Source: Alphaproteobacteria bacterium
GTDB taxonomy: Bacteria; Pseudomonadota; Alphaproteobacteria; JAAXGF01
Assembly (NCBI GenBank): GCA_963555825.3
Contig: CAUVXB020000002.1
Location: 64,001 to 128,000 of the forward strand
Length of the DNA: 64,000 nt
Reading direction: 5' to 3'
The notes under the pieces are model-generated. The model saw nothing but the letters and a program-made list of their open reading frames with translations, made no database searches and was not told where the DNA came from. The stretch's first letter is position 1, and every line of letters begins with the position of its first letter. Shown here piece by piece: positions 1 through 8,037 of the stretch. Position numbers and translations under genes: made by a program.

Positions 1-37
1 CGTTTCACGCCATCGCTCCCCTAAGGAATCGCACCCC

Positions 38-216
38 ATGAACGCCACTGAAATTGCCGCTGCGTTAAGCACACGGGCCGAAGACGTATGCCGCCGCTAC
101 CTTCCCCGCGGACGCAGGCAGGGCAGATACTGGACCATCGGCGACACAAGCGGCGCCAAGGGGCGCTCGCTCTTCGTGCGCCTGGCGCCCCCCGGCATAC
201 CCGGAAAATGGACCGA
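38..216 (+). pseudogene. 5' part of a toprim/primase-like gene, interrupted by the RIT element
   Basis: MNATEIAAALSTRAEDVCRRYLPRGRRQGRYW...GKWT closely parallels the N-terminus of ORF 396..1490. Similarity stops at 211-216 and resumes at 4816 (TDA..TNEHGDLLDL). Confidence 0.8.
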
Positions 217-242
217 ATATGTTGCGGTGTTGGTTATGTTGC
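211..242 (+). repeat. RIT left inverted repeat (two TATGTTGC boxes)
   Basis: gaccgaatatgttgcggtgttggttatgttgc is the reverse complement of 4764-4795 with 3 mismatches. A third, inverted box lies at 289-296. Confidence 0.85.
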
Positions 243-395
243 GTATTCGCGATTGGGTGCATTCCCACAGACGATCGACGTCTTCTAAGCAACATAACGT
301 CAGCGCATTCGTCCTGAATGAACTGGCCGAGTCCCGAGCATCACCGCTCACCGACGCCATGACCGACCGGCTCAAGGCGGACGGGCGGGGGATGT

Positions 396-1490
396 ATGAT
401 GCCCCGTGACGCTTCCGAGCTGGCGCATCGTCTCGCCCGTGATGCCGAGGCGGTTTGCCGTCGCTACCTGTCCAACGGGCGGCGCCAGGGGCGCTACTGG
501 ATGGTGGGCGACGTTCGCAATACGCCCGGCCGGTCGATGTTCGTCCGGCTCAGCGGACCGGATTCCGGTCCCGGTGCTGCCGGGCATTGGACCGATGCCG
601 CAACGACCGAGTATGGCGACCTCCTCGACGTGGTCCGTGAGAGCTGCGGATTCATTGACTTTCGCGACGTCGCCGATGAGGCACGACGCTTCCTGTGTCT
701 GCCGCGCGCTGAACCGCGGCGTACCCCAAGACCTGCTCGCACACCTGTCCCGGCCGGGTCACGAGAGGCCGCGCAGCGGCTGATCGCCATGTCGCAGCCG
801 ATCCGCCGGACGCTCGTCGAGACTTATCTGCACAATCGCGGCATCAAGGCTGTTCATGATGCGGGCGCACTGCGGTTTCATCCACGCTGCTACTATCGCC
901 GGGACGGCAGTCCGCCGACTGAGACCCGACCGGCGATGATCGCTGCCGTTACGGATCTCTCCGGCGCCATCACCGGCGCGCATCGCACTTGGCTCGCGCC
1001 GGACGGCTTCGGCAAGGCGCCCGTCGACACGCCGCGACGAGCCATGGGTAATCTCCTCGGCCATGCCGTCCGCTTTGGCGCGGCCGGCGACGTCCTCGCA
1101 GTCGGCGAAGGCATCGAGACGATGCTGACGCTACGCTTTGCGCTGCCTGCCATGCCGATGGCTGCCGCGCTCTCGGCCAACCACCTTGCCGCCGTTCTGC
1201 TCCCTCTGACGCTGCGTCGACTCTACATCGCCCGCGACGCCGATCCCGCGGGTGACATGGCGCTCGCGGCATTGACCGAACGCGCCGAAGCAGCGGGCAT
1301 TGAGGCGCTAGCCCTCTCTCCGCGGATAAGCGACTTTAACGATGACCTGCGTGCATTCGACCTCGACGCGCTTCGGGCGGCACTGCGCATCCAGCTCGCG
1401 CCGCAGGATATCGTTCACTTCATGCGCTGGGGAACCGCCAGGACGCCGCGATGTAACTCCAGCCTCACAAGGATTTCAGAAAGGCCATGA
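396..1490 (+). CDS. Toprim-domain DNA primase-like protein (plasmid/ICE type)
   Basis: 364-aa ORF with YLHNRGI, LRFHP, GAHRTWL, toprim VGEGIET, IARDAD and DFNDDL motifs. Confidence 0.85.
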   Translation: MMPRDASELAHRLARDAEAVCRRYLSNGRRQGRYWMVGDVRNTPGRSMFVRLSGPDSGPGAAGHWTDAATTEYGDLLDVVRESCGFIDFRDVADEARRFLCLPRAEPRRTPRPARTPVPAGSREAAQRLIAMSQPIRRTLVETYLHNRGIKAVHDAGALRFHPRCYYRRDGSPPTETRPAMIAAVTDLSGAITGAHRTWLAPDGFGKAPVDTPRRAMGNLLGHAVRFGAAGDVLAVGEGIETMLTLRFALPAMPMAAALSANHLAAVLLPLTLRRLYIARDADPAGDMALAALTERAEAAGIEALALSPRISDFNDDLRAFDLDALRAALRIQLAPQDIVHFMRWGTARTPRCNSSLTRISERP

Positions 1491-2460
1491 GATCCTTGTC
1501 CTCCTTCCATGAGCGACCGGGTTTTGGCTGACCGACTTCGCAAAGAGCTACAGCGTTGGCTTTCAGCGTGAGGTCTATTTCGGCATAGATGTTGGTGGTG
1601 CTGATCGAGACATGGCCGAGCCAGGCGCGGATGGTATTGATGTCCACGCCGGCGAGAACCAGGTGGCAGGCCGTCGTATGCCGGATCACATGAGGGGTTA
1701 TCGTTCTGCCCGCCAGGGCCGGCACCCGGACCGCGTAACGTTCGACAAGGCGATAAACCCCGAAGCGGGTAAAGGGTGTTCCGAGCCTGCTGACGAACAC
1801 GGCGTCCTCGGCTGCCCGGCCCATGACCTCGTCTGCCAGAACTCGTTCGGTTTCCGGCCACAGCGGGCACTGGCGCGTCTTGCCGCCTTTCCCATGCAGC
1901 GTGGCAAGATCGTGACCACCATTCCCGCACCCGATCTGCAGATCGCGCACCTTCAGTTGCGTGACCTCGGAGACACGCGCCCCGGTGTTGTAGAGAAAGA
2001 GCAGAAGTGCGTATTCGCTGCGCCCCCGCTTGGTCTTGCGGTCGGGCACGGCGAGCATGGCCTCCATGTCCGCCCTGGTCAGCCATCCGACCGGTGGCGA
2101 CACGGACTTCTTCGATGCGATGGCCCGGATATGGCCGCACCATTCGACATGAGCCGGGTCCCGGCTGCCGACGAAGCGGGCAAACGCCCGGATCGCTGCA
2201 AGCCGCTGATTGCGAGTTCGAACGGAACAGCCGCGCTCTTCCTCAAGATGCGCGAGGAACTGTAGCACCAGTTGAGATGTGAGATCTCTCACGGCCAGCC
2301 GGTCCACGGGCTTGCGCAGCTTGCGGCTGACGAACGGCAGGAGCAGGCTGAAGGTGTCGCGATAGCTCGCGCGAGTGTTCCGGGCCAGATTGCGTTCGGT
2401 GACAATGTATTCGACCAGGAAGCGTCGAAGCCAGGGGCCAAGGGTTACGAGTTCACCCAT
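1465..2460 (-). CDS. Tyrosine recombinase, third RIT gene
   Basis: TGARVSE, HGKGGKTR, HVIRH, LGH and TTNIY catalytic motifs. Start overlaps the stop of the upstream recombinase. Confidence 0.92.
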   Translation of the reverse strand: MGELVTLGPWLRRFLVEYIVTERNLARNTRASYRDTFSLLLPFVSRKLRKPVDRLAVRDLTSQLVLQFLAHLEEERGCSVRTRNQRLAAIRAFARFVGSRDPAHVEWCGHIRAIASKKSVSPPVGWLTRADMEAMLAVPDRKTKRGRSEYALLLFLYNTGARVSEVTQLKVRDLQIGCGNGGHDLATLHGKGGKTRQCPLWPETERVLADEVMGRAAEDAVFVSRLGTPFTRFGVYRLVERYAVRVPALAGRTITPHVIRHTTACHLVLAGVDINTIRAWLGHVSISTTNIYAEIDLTLKANAVALCEVGQPKPGRSWKEDKDLMAFLKSL

Positions 2461-3403
2461 CCTGGCCTCCTCCCGCATAGTGCGCAAAACGCAGCGATGC
2501 CTGCTGCAGAAGCTCCGGCGTCATCGACAGATAGATCTTCGTACCTTCCAGATCGGAGTGGCCGAGATAGGTGGCAAGCACCGGCAGCAGCCGCTGCACA
2601 TCCGCCCCCTCGCGATACCAGGCGGTCAGCCTGTGAACCGCGAAGGAGTGCCTGAGATCATGCATACGAGGAACCCGGCAGCCGCTTCTTCTGCCGTGGA
2701 CCCCGGCGATGCGCCGCAGCGCATCGAATGCGGCCTGAACGGTGCTGCTGGCGAGCTGCGTGCCGTCACGGTTCGCCAGAAGGAAGGCAGTCTCGTCCTG
2801 CGCAGGCCCGCCGCGCCGCTGCAGAAGCATGTAGTCCGCCAGCACCATTGCGAGTTGCGGTCCGACAGGGACCAACCGGCTCTTGTAGAACTTCGTGACG
2901 CGTATGGTCAGGATGGCTTCCGCCAGATCGACATCCGCCAGCGTGAGCCGCGTGGCTTCGCTGAAGCGCAACCCTGCTCCGTACAATAGAAGAAGCAGGG
3001 TGCGGAATGTGACCGCGTCGAGTTGCACGGCGCCGCGCCGACTGGTCTCAATGATCGCGGGGTCAAGAAGCCGCCGCAGCTCGTCGCGCGAGTAGATGTA
3101 GGGCGGCGCACGCACGGGCGACCTCGGCTCGTTGTCCGGTAGTGGCGAGCGGGTCGCATGGCCACGGCTGATCGCATGACGCCAGAAGCCGGCAAGGCTG
3201 TAATACTTGTTCTCGCGGTGCCGGGTCAGCGGTCCCGCGCCCGCCAGAAAGGCCAAAACCTGCGCTGTGCTGACCGCGTCACATTCGGCGTCCCCATCGG
3301 CATGTCGGAGGAGTTGACGCAGCAGGTTCGCCCCGCTCGTGAACTTGGCGCCATGGGCCTTTCGCCAAAGGATGTATCGCTCGATCGCCTCGCGCAGCGT
3401 CAT
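2453..3403 (-). CDS. Tyrosine recombinase, second RIT gene
   Basis: Start MTLREAIERY at 3403 (ATGA overlap); GLRFSEA, TKFYKSR, HDLRHSFA, LGH and TKIY motifs. Confidence 0.92.
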   Translation of the reverse strand: MTLREAIERYILWRKAHGAKFTSGANLLRQLLRHADGDAECDAVSTAQVLAFLAGAGPLTRHRENKYYSLAGFWRHAISRGHATRSPLPDNEPRSPVRAPPYIYSRDELRRLLDPAIIETSRRGAVQLDAVTFRTLLLLLYGAGLRFSEATRLTLADVDLAEAILTIRVTKFYKSRLVPVGPQLAMVLADYMLLQRRGGPAQDETAFLLANRDGTQLASSTVQAAFDALRRIAGVHGRRSGCRVPRMHDLRHSFAVHRLTAWYREGADVQRLLPVLATYLGHSDLEGTKIYLSMTPELLQQASLRFAHYAGGGQDG

Positions 3404-4650
3404 GCCAGGCCCTCCAAGTCGAGGGCCGCAACCTCGCGGAGGGCAGCGAGATTGACCTTGGCGTAAATCGCGGTGGAGGACGGGTCGCGGTGCCCGAGAA
3501 AGTCCCCGATCACCTTCATGGACATGCCCTGATCCAGAAGATGCTGGGCCGCGGCATGGCGCAAGGCATGTGTGCCGCGGCGACCTGTAACGATACCGAT
3601 GCCTGCGAGACGATCGCGGACGATCTTGCACAGGGTCTTTCTGCCAACCGGTCGGATGGGCGCGTGCGATGTGTAGAAGAGGCTGCGCCCGAGGCCGGTC
3701 GGGCGGCCTTCCCGTATGTAGCGCAGAATGGCATTGCCGACGTCCGGCGAGAGAGGCCAGACATGGGTCCGGCCCGTCTTCGGGCAGCGAACCCGAATGA
3801 TCTCGTTCTCCCAGTCCAGATCGTCCAGTCGCAGGCCGACGACTTCCCCGGCCCGCAGCCCGTAAGCAACAAAGAGCATGAGGATCGCGCAGTCGCGCTT
3901 GTCGACCGGGCGATCCCCCTGAACTGAAGCCAGCAGACGCACAACATCTTCGCGCCTGACGCCCTTCGGCACGGTCTCGTCTGCCATGAACCGGGGCCCA
4001 ATGATCCCTCTGGCAAGACCCACCCGACACAACCCGTGCGCCTCTGCGAAGAGGAAGAACGCCCTCAGTCGCTGCGCGTAATCGTGTATCGTCCTCCGGC
4101 TCCAGGCTCCCCGCCTGTGCTCTGCCGAAACTGCATCGTCGATGTCGCCCATCTGGACGGCGTCCAGCGATGTGCCTCTCTCTGCGAGCCAAAAGAAGAA
4201 AAGGTCGGCGGCGCGGCAATAGTCTTGTATCGTCGCATCGGACAGGCCGCGCTCCCGGCGCATCCATTCCTCAAAGATCGTGACCTCGGCGTGATGCGGA
4301 TGGCGCTCGCGTTCAGGTTCGTCGAGCCAGCCCAGAAAACGCAGCCACTGGACTCCGCTGCTGGCAAACTGTTTGCGCGCCTTGGTGGAAGCCGCCCGGT
4401 CGCATCTGCGCCCTCTCGGTCGTGCCCAGATCGCCGCTGCAGCCTCGATCCGGGGAATGCTGACCCTGTCGCCCTCTTGTAAATCCAGAATCCGGACAAG
4501 GTTGAGCTGGGCGTTGGCCCATTTGCGCAGGGTGCTTCGACAAGAGCCGACTTCCCTGAGATGGTGAAGGTATCGCTTCCGCTGCTCGGCCAGCGGCGCG
4601 GCCTCGTACTTGGTGATGAATGCGGGAAGGATGAAGAGTTCGTCGAACAT
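3400..4650 (-). CDS. Tyrosine recombinase, first RIT gene
   Basis: 416 aa; YGLRAGE, HALRH, LGH and TAIYAK motifs; GGAGG RBS upstream. Confidence 0.92.
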   Translation of the reverse strand: MFDELFILPAFITKYEAAPLAEQRKRYLHHLREVGSCRSTLRKWANAQLNLVRILDLQEGDRVSIPRIEAAAAIWARPRGRRCDRAASTKARKQFASSGVQWLRFLGWLDEPERERHPHHAEVTIFEEWMRRERGLSDATIQDYCRAADLFFFWLAERGTSLDAVQMGDIDDAVSAEHRRGAWSRRTIHDYAQRLRAFFLFAEAHGLCRVGLARGIIGPRFMADETVPKGVRREDVVRLLASVQGDRPVDKRDCAILMLFVAYGLRAGEVVGLRLDDLDWENEIIRVRCPKTGRTHVWPLSPDVGNAILRYIREGRPTGLGRSLFYTSHAPIRPVGRKTLCKIVRDRLAGIGIVTGRRGTHALRHAAAQHLLDQGMSMKVIGDFLGHRDPSSTAIYAKVNLAALREVAALDLEGLA

Positions 4651-4763
4651 GATCGTACCTCCGTAAAGATGGAGTTCCGATCATGCCAGCGGCGCCGCGT
4701 CGTACCATTATGTTGCGGTGATTGTGACGCCTGCCAGACCGGATGGGTCCGGCACGAGCCACA

Positions 4764-4821
4764 GCAACATAATGAGCACCGCAACATATTCGGTCTTATG
4801 TGCAATTCAACATAAGACCGA
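4764..4821. repeat. RIT right inverted repeat plus recombinase core-like palindrome
   Basis: IR at 4764-4795. Perfect 12-bp arms tcggtcttatgt (4790-4801) and acataagaccga (4810-4821) flank an 8-bp spacer. Confidence 0.8.
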
Positions 4822-5679
4822 CGCGCGACCAACGAGCATGGCGATCTGCTCGATCTCATCCGTCTGCACACCGGCGGAGCATCGCTGCGGCACGCCATGG
4901 AGGAGGCCCTCGCATTCCTCTCATTGCCGCGATCCGCTCCCGCAAATGCCGGAGATCACGCCGGCGGCTATGACCGTGAAGAAGCAGCACGCCGCCTCTG
5001 GCGCCGCTGCCGGCCCATCGATGGCACCCATGCGGAAGCCTACCTGCACGCCCGCGCCATCGGCCATTGCCGCTTCCCGGCCCTGCGGTTTCATCCCGAT
5101 CTCATCCATCGCGACGATGATGGCATCCACCGCCTCCCGGCACTGGTCGCCGCCGTCACCGGCGATGACGGCGCCGTCGAGGGTGTTCAGCGTACCTGGC
5201 TCGACCCCAAGCGTCCCGCAAAAGCCAACCTCGCCCGCCCGCGCAAGGCGCTCGGGCGCGTCCACGGCCGGGCCGTGCGCTTCGGCGGGTCCGCCTCGGG
5301 CGCGACCCTGCTTGCCGGCGAAGGCATCGAAACCGTTCTTTCATTAGTAACCGCCGTCCCCGGCATTCATGCCGCGGCGGCTCTATCGGCGGGCAGCCTC
5401 GGCGCCTTCGAACCGCCCCAAGACCTCGCCCTGTTGGTCATCGCCCGCGATAAAGACGTGGAGGGCGGGCACGCCGCGAACCGTCTTCAGCGCCGTTGCG
5501 TGGAACGTGGCATTCCCTCAATCGTGATCGTTCCCGAATGCTCTGATTTTAATGACGACCTCGTTGCCTTCGGAGAAGAAACCCTTGCGGCCCGGATCGC
5601 GCCCCTTATTGCAAGCTCCAAGTCCGCGGCAACGGTGGAAGAGAGGCGTGGGAGTGGGAGAATAATTAACCCGTCATGA
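4816..5679 (+). pseudogene. 3' part of the interrupted toprim/primase-like gene
   Basis: Continues the 38..216 N-terminus (1-nt slip near 4825) into ORF 4897..5679, which has LRFHP, QRTWL, AGEGIET and DFNDDL. Confidence 0.8.
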
Positions 5680-5966
5680 TGTCTCATTGTCCCACACGTT
5701 CTCACTGCGCCAACCCCTGCGGGGTCCTCCACTCCGCTTCGCTCCGTTACGGCGATAGCGCGCAATGCCACGCCGCTGCGCGGCTAGCGCCGGTGGAATA
5801 CGCGACCGTGGCTCAGTCGCTGCGCTCCCTGCGCCCGCACCACTCGCGCATCCCCCCGGCGCAGGCATTCCGGCCATCGTGGCTCCGCTGCGAGCGCGTG
5901 ACCCAAAGAGTCATCACGACGGGGCAGCCCGCCTCGGAGGATAGCAACATTGCAGTGGAGAGAATC

Positions 5967-6900
5967 ATGCAAGACTTCATCAGCACCGAAACGTCGTCAC
6001 AGACCGCAATGGCTTGCGAACAGGCCGCCCTGTTCGGCGCGACCCCTGGTCCCGAAGAGTTCGACAATCGCGAGATCTGGAACGAGGACGAGGCGCTTGC
6101 CGGGATCGAGGAAGCGATCCACATTCTGGCCGGCGCCGTCGCACCGGACGGCACGCAGCTCGCCGACGAACGCGAGAGCCTGCTCTGGGGCTTCGTCAAT
6201 ACGCTGCACGCCCAGGTCCAGCGCCTCGACCGCGGCATCGACAAGATCGCGCCCGAGATGAAAGACCTCGGCCAGGAACAGGACGGCTCCGAGATCAAGT
6301 CGCGCGAACTGGAACTCCTCACCGACCGGGTCCAGAACCTCGGCGACCGCCGCGACGCCTTCGAGGCCATGCGCGACCTCGCCGCCGAGGGATACCGCGC
6401 CGAGACCGGCGACACCTGGCGCCCGCGCAACGGATCGCACAGCAGCCAGACCGGCAAACTCACCTCAGCCGCCATCGACGCCCGCGACTACCTGCGCGCC
6501 CGTGAACACCGCGAGACCTCCGCGCATCTGCCCGAGGGCACCCTGGTCGCCTTCACCGGCGGCAAGGACTTCGGCGACGTCACCGCCATCTGGCGCTCGC
6601 TGGACAGCATCAAGATCAAGTACGACGATATGGTCCTGCTGCACGGCGGCGGACCCGGCGCGGAGAAGATCGCGGCAAGCTGGGCGGAGAAGAACGGCGT
6701 GCACCAGGTCGTCTGCAAGCCGAACTGGGACCGGGACGGCAAGGCCGCGCCCTTCCGGCGCAACGACGTCCTGCTGAACTTCCTGCCGAAGGGCCTCCTC
6801 GCCTTCCCCCGGGAACAATATGATCTCGGGCATCACGAATAACTTAATGATCGACAAGGCACGCAAGATCGGAATCCCCGTCCTTCTCGCCGCCGCGTAA
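5967..6900 (+). CDS. DUF2493 / YspA-SLOG-like protein (apparent frameshift at the C-run near 6806-6810)
   Basis: VAFTGG, LLHGG, GAEKIA, WAEKNGV, APFRRND and AFP motifs. The expected tail G..SGITNNL..DKARKIGIPV continues in another frame to TAA at 6900. GGAG RBS precedes ATG 5967. Confidence 0.75.
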
Positions 6901-7072
6901 CGGTACCCTTCAGGGCCGGCCCCCGCCATCATCCGGCCCACGGCGGAGGACCGGCCCCTTTTTTATGCCGTGGTGCATAAAGTCACGGCCCTACTCGGCA
7001 TTATTCTCGCCGCCGCGTAGCGACACCCTTCCGGTCCCCCACTCGGCGCGGGACCGGTCCCTTTTTTTGCCG
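6884..7072 (+). repeat. Imperfect direct duplication of gene end plus intrinsic terminator
   Basis: ttctcgccgccgcgta..acccttc at 6884 and at 7004, each followed by a GC hairpin, ggaccggYccc, a T-run and tgccg. Confidence 0.7.
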
Positions 7073-7332
7073 GTTTGCTAAAGACGAAGTCCGCGGGGCA
7101 ACCGTGCGAGCTTACGCTCGCTGGCGGCTCCTCGTTCTTCGAACGATGCATCGCCGCCTATCGGCTCGGCGCTTCGCGCCATCGCCGTACGCGGGCGCTG
7201 AAGCGCCACGCTAGCGCCCGGCCATCCCCCATTGCAACTTCATTATTCGCACCCCGAAAACCGCCATGACGGACCGCCGTTCTTCGAACGCCGCTTCCTT
7301 GCTTTGCGAACCCATATGCGCCGTCATTCGGT

Positions 7333-7635
7333 TCAGAACGGATCACTGCCTTCTTCCGACACCATGGCCCTGGCGGCCTCGGCAACCTTCCTTCCCGGCA
7401 ACACGCCCTTGGTCAGAAACGTCCGCAGACTGCGCTCCGTGATATCGATGCCGCCCGATTTCAACACCTCATGCATCTGAGCCACCGTAACCCCCTTGGC
7501 CTGTTGCTCGACCAGCCGCTTCCGCAAACGGTCCAGCACATCCGTCAGGCTCAGCTTCGGCGGCACAAGTTTCGCCAATTCCCCATCTATGGCATCGAAG
7601 TCGATATCCGCTTCGTTGAAGCGTTTCGCCGGCAT
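7333..7635 (-). CDS. Small putative relaxosome-accessory or stability DNA-binding protein
   Basis: 100 aa, divergent from the relaxase, with a helical HTH-like segment (GVTVAQMHEVLKSGGIDITERSLRTFL) and GGAG RBS. Function is inferred from position. Confidence 0.55.
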   Translation of the reverse strand: MPAKRFNEADIDFDAIDGELAKLVPPKLSLTDVLDRLRKRLVEQQAKGVTVAQMHEVLKSGGIDITERSLRTFLTKGVLPGRKVAEAARAMVSEEGSDPF

Positions 7636-7639
7636 CGTC

Positions 7640-8037
7640 CATCTCCCCGCTGTTTCCAGAATTCGCAATCAGGCCCGGATTCTGCCATTGGCCCGACAGC
7701 CGGTCAATTCCGCCATTCGACGGCCATTTCAAGTGTGCCGCCCCGTTCCAAGGCAGGGCCAAATTCCCCTTGATCTCCGATCATGCAGTCTATATCCTCT
7801 CGCGGAAACATCAGAGAGAGTATAAGCCTTCTCACACCTCTGCACCATTGGTGCTTTGATCTCGATAAATGTAGTTAACTTTCCCCTGATTTGTAAAGAT
7901 CGCACGGCCATTTCGTTAAACCTCTGTAAAATACAGGAATTCCCAAGGCTGGAATCATGAGATACAACAGTCATATTCCGGCTGTACTCCGGCCAGGTTG
8001 TATCCCTATCCGGCAACGTCGTTACCGGGCTGGCGTC
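7640..8037. other. Candidate oriT / divergent promoter region
   Basis: AT-rich intergenic region between a small gene and the relaxase, the usual oriT position. No nic site was identified. Confidence 0.45.

Larger units (their letters stand above)
211..4821 (-). mobile_element. RIT (recombinase-in-trio) element with cargo primase gene
   Basis: Three overlapping tyrosine recombinase genes; 32-bp terminal inverted repeats at 211-242 and 4764-4795 (3 mismatches); GACCGA direct repeat at 211-216 and 4816-4821. Confidence 0.85.

Noticed and set aside
2453-4267. 604-aa recombinase as listed in the ORF track
   Set aside because: The upstream part overlaps the first recombinase out of frame. The real start is 3403, with an ATGA overlap.
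6810-6900. A-rich gene end as a DGR template or variable repeat
   Set aside because: No reverse transcriptase and no adenine-specific repeat pair in the window.
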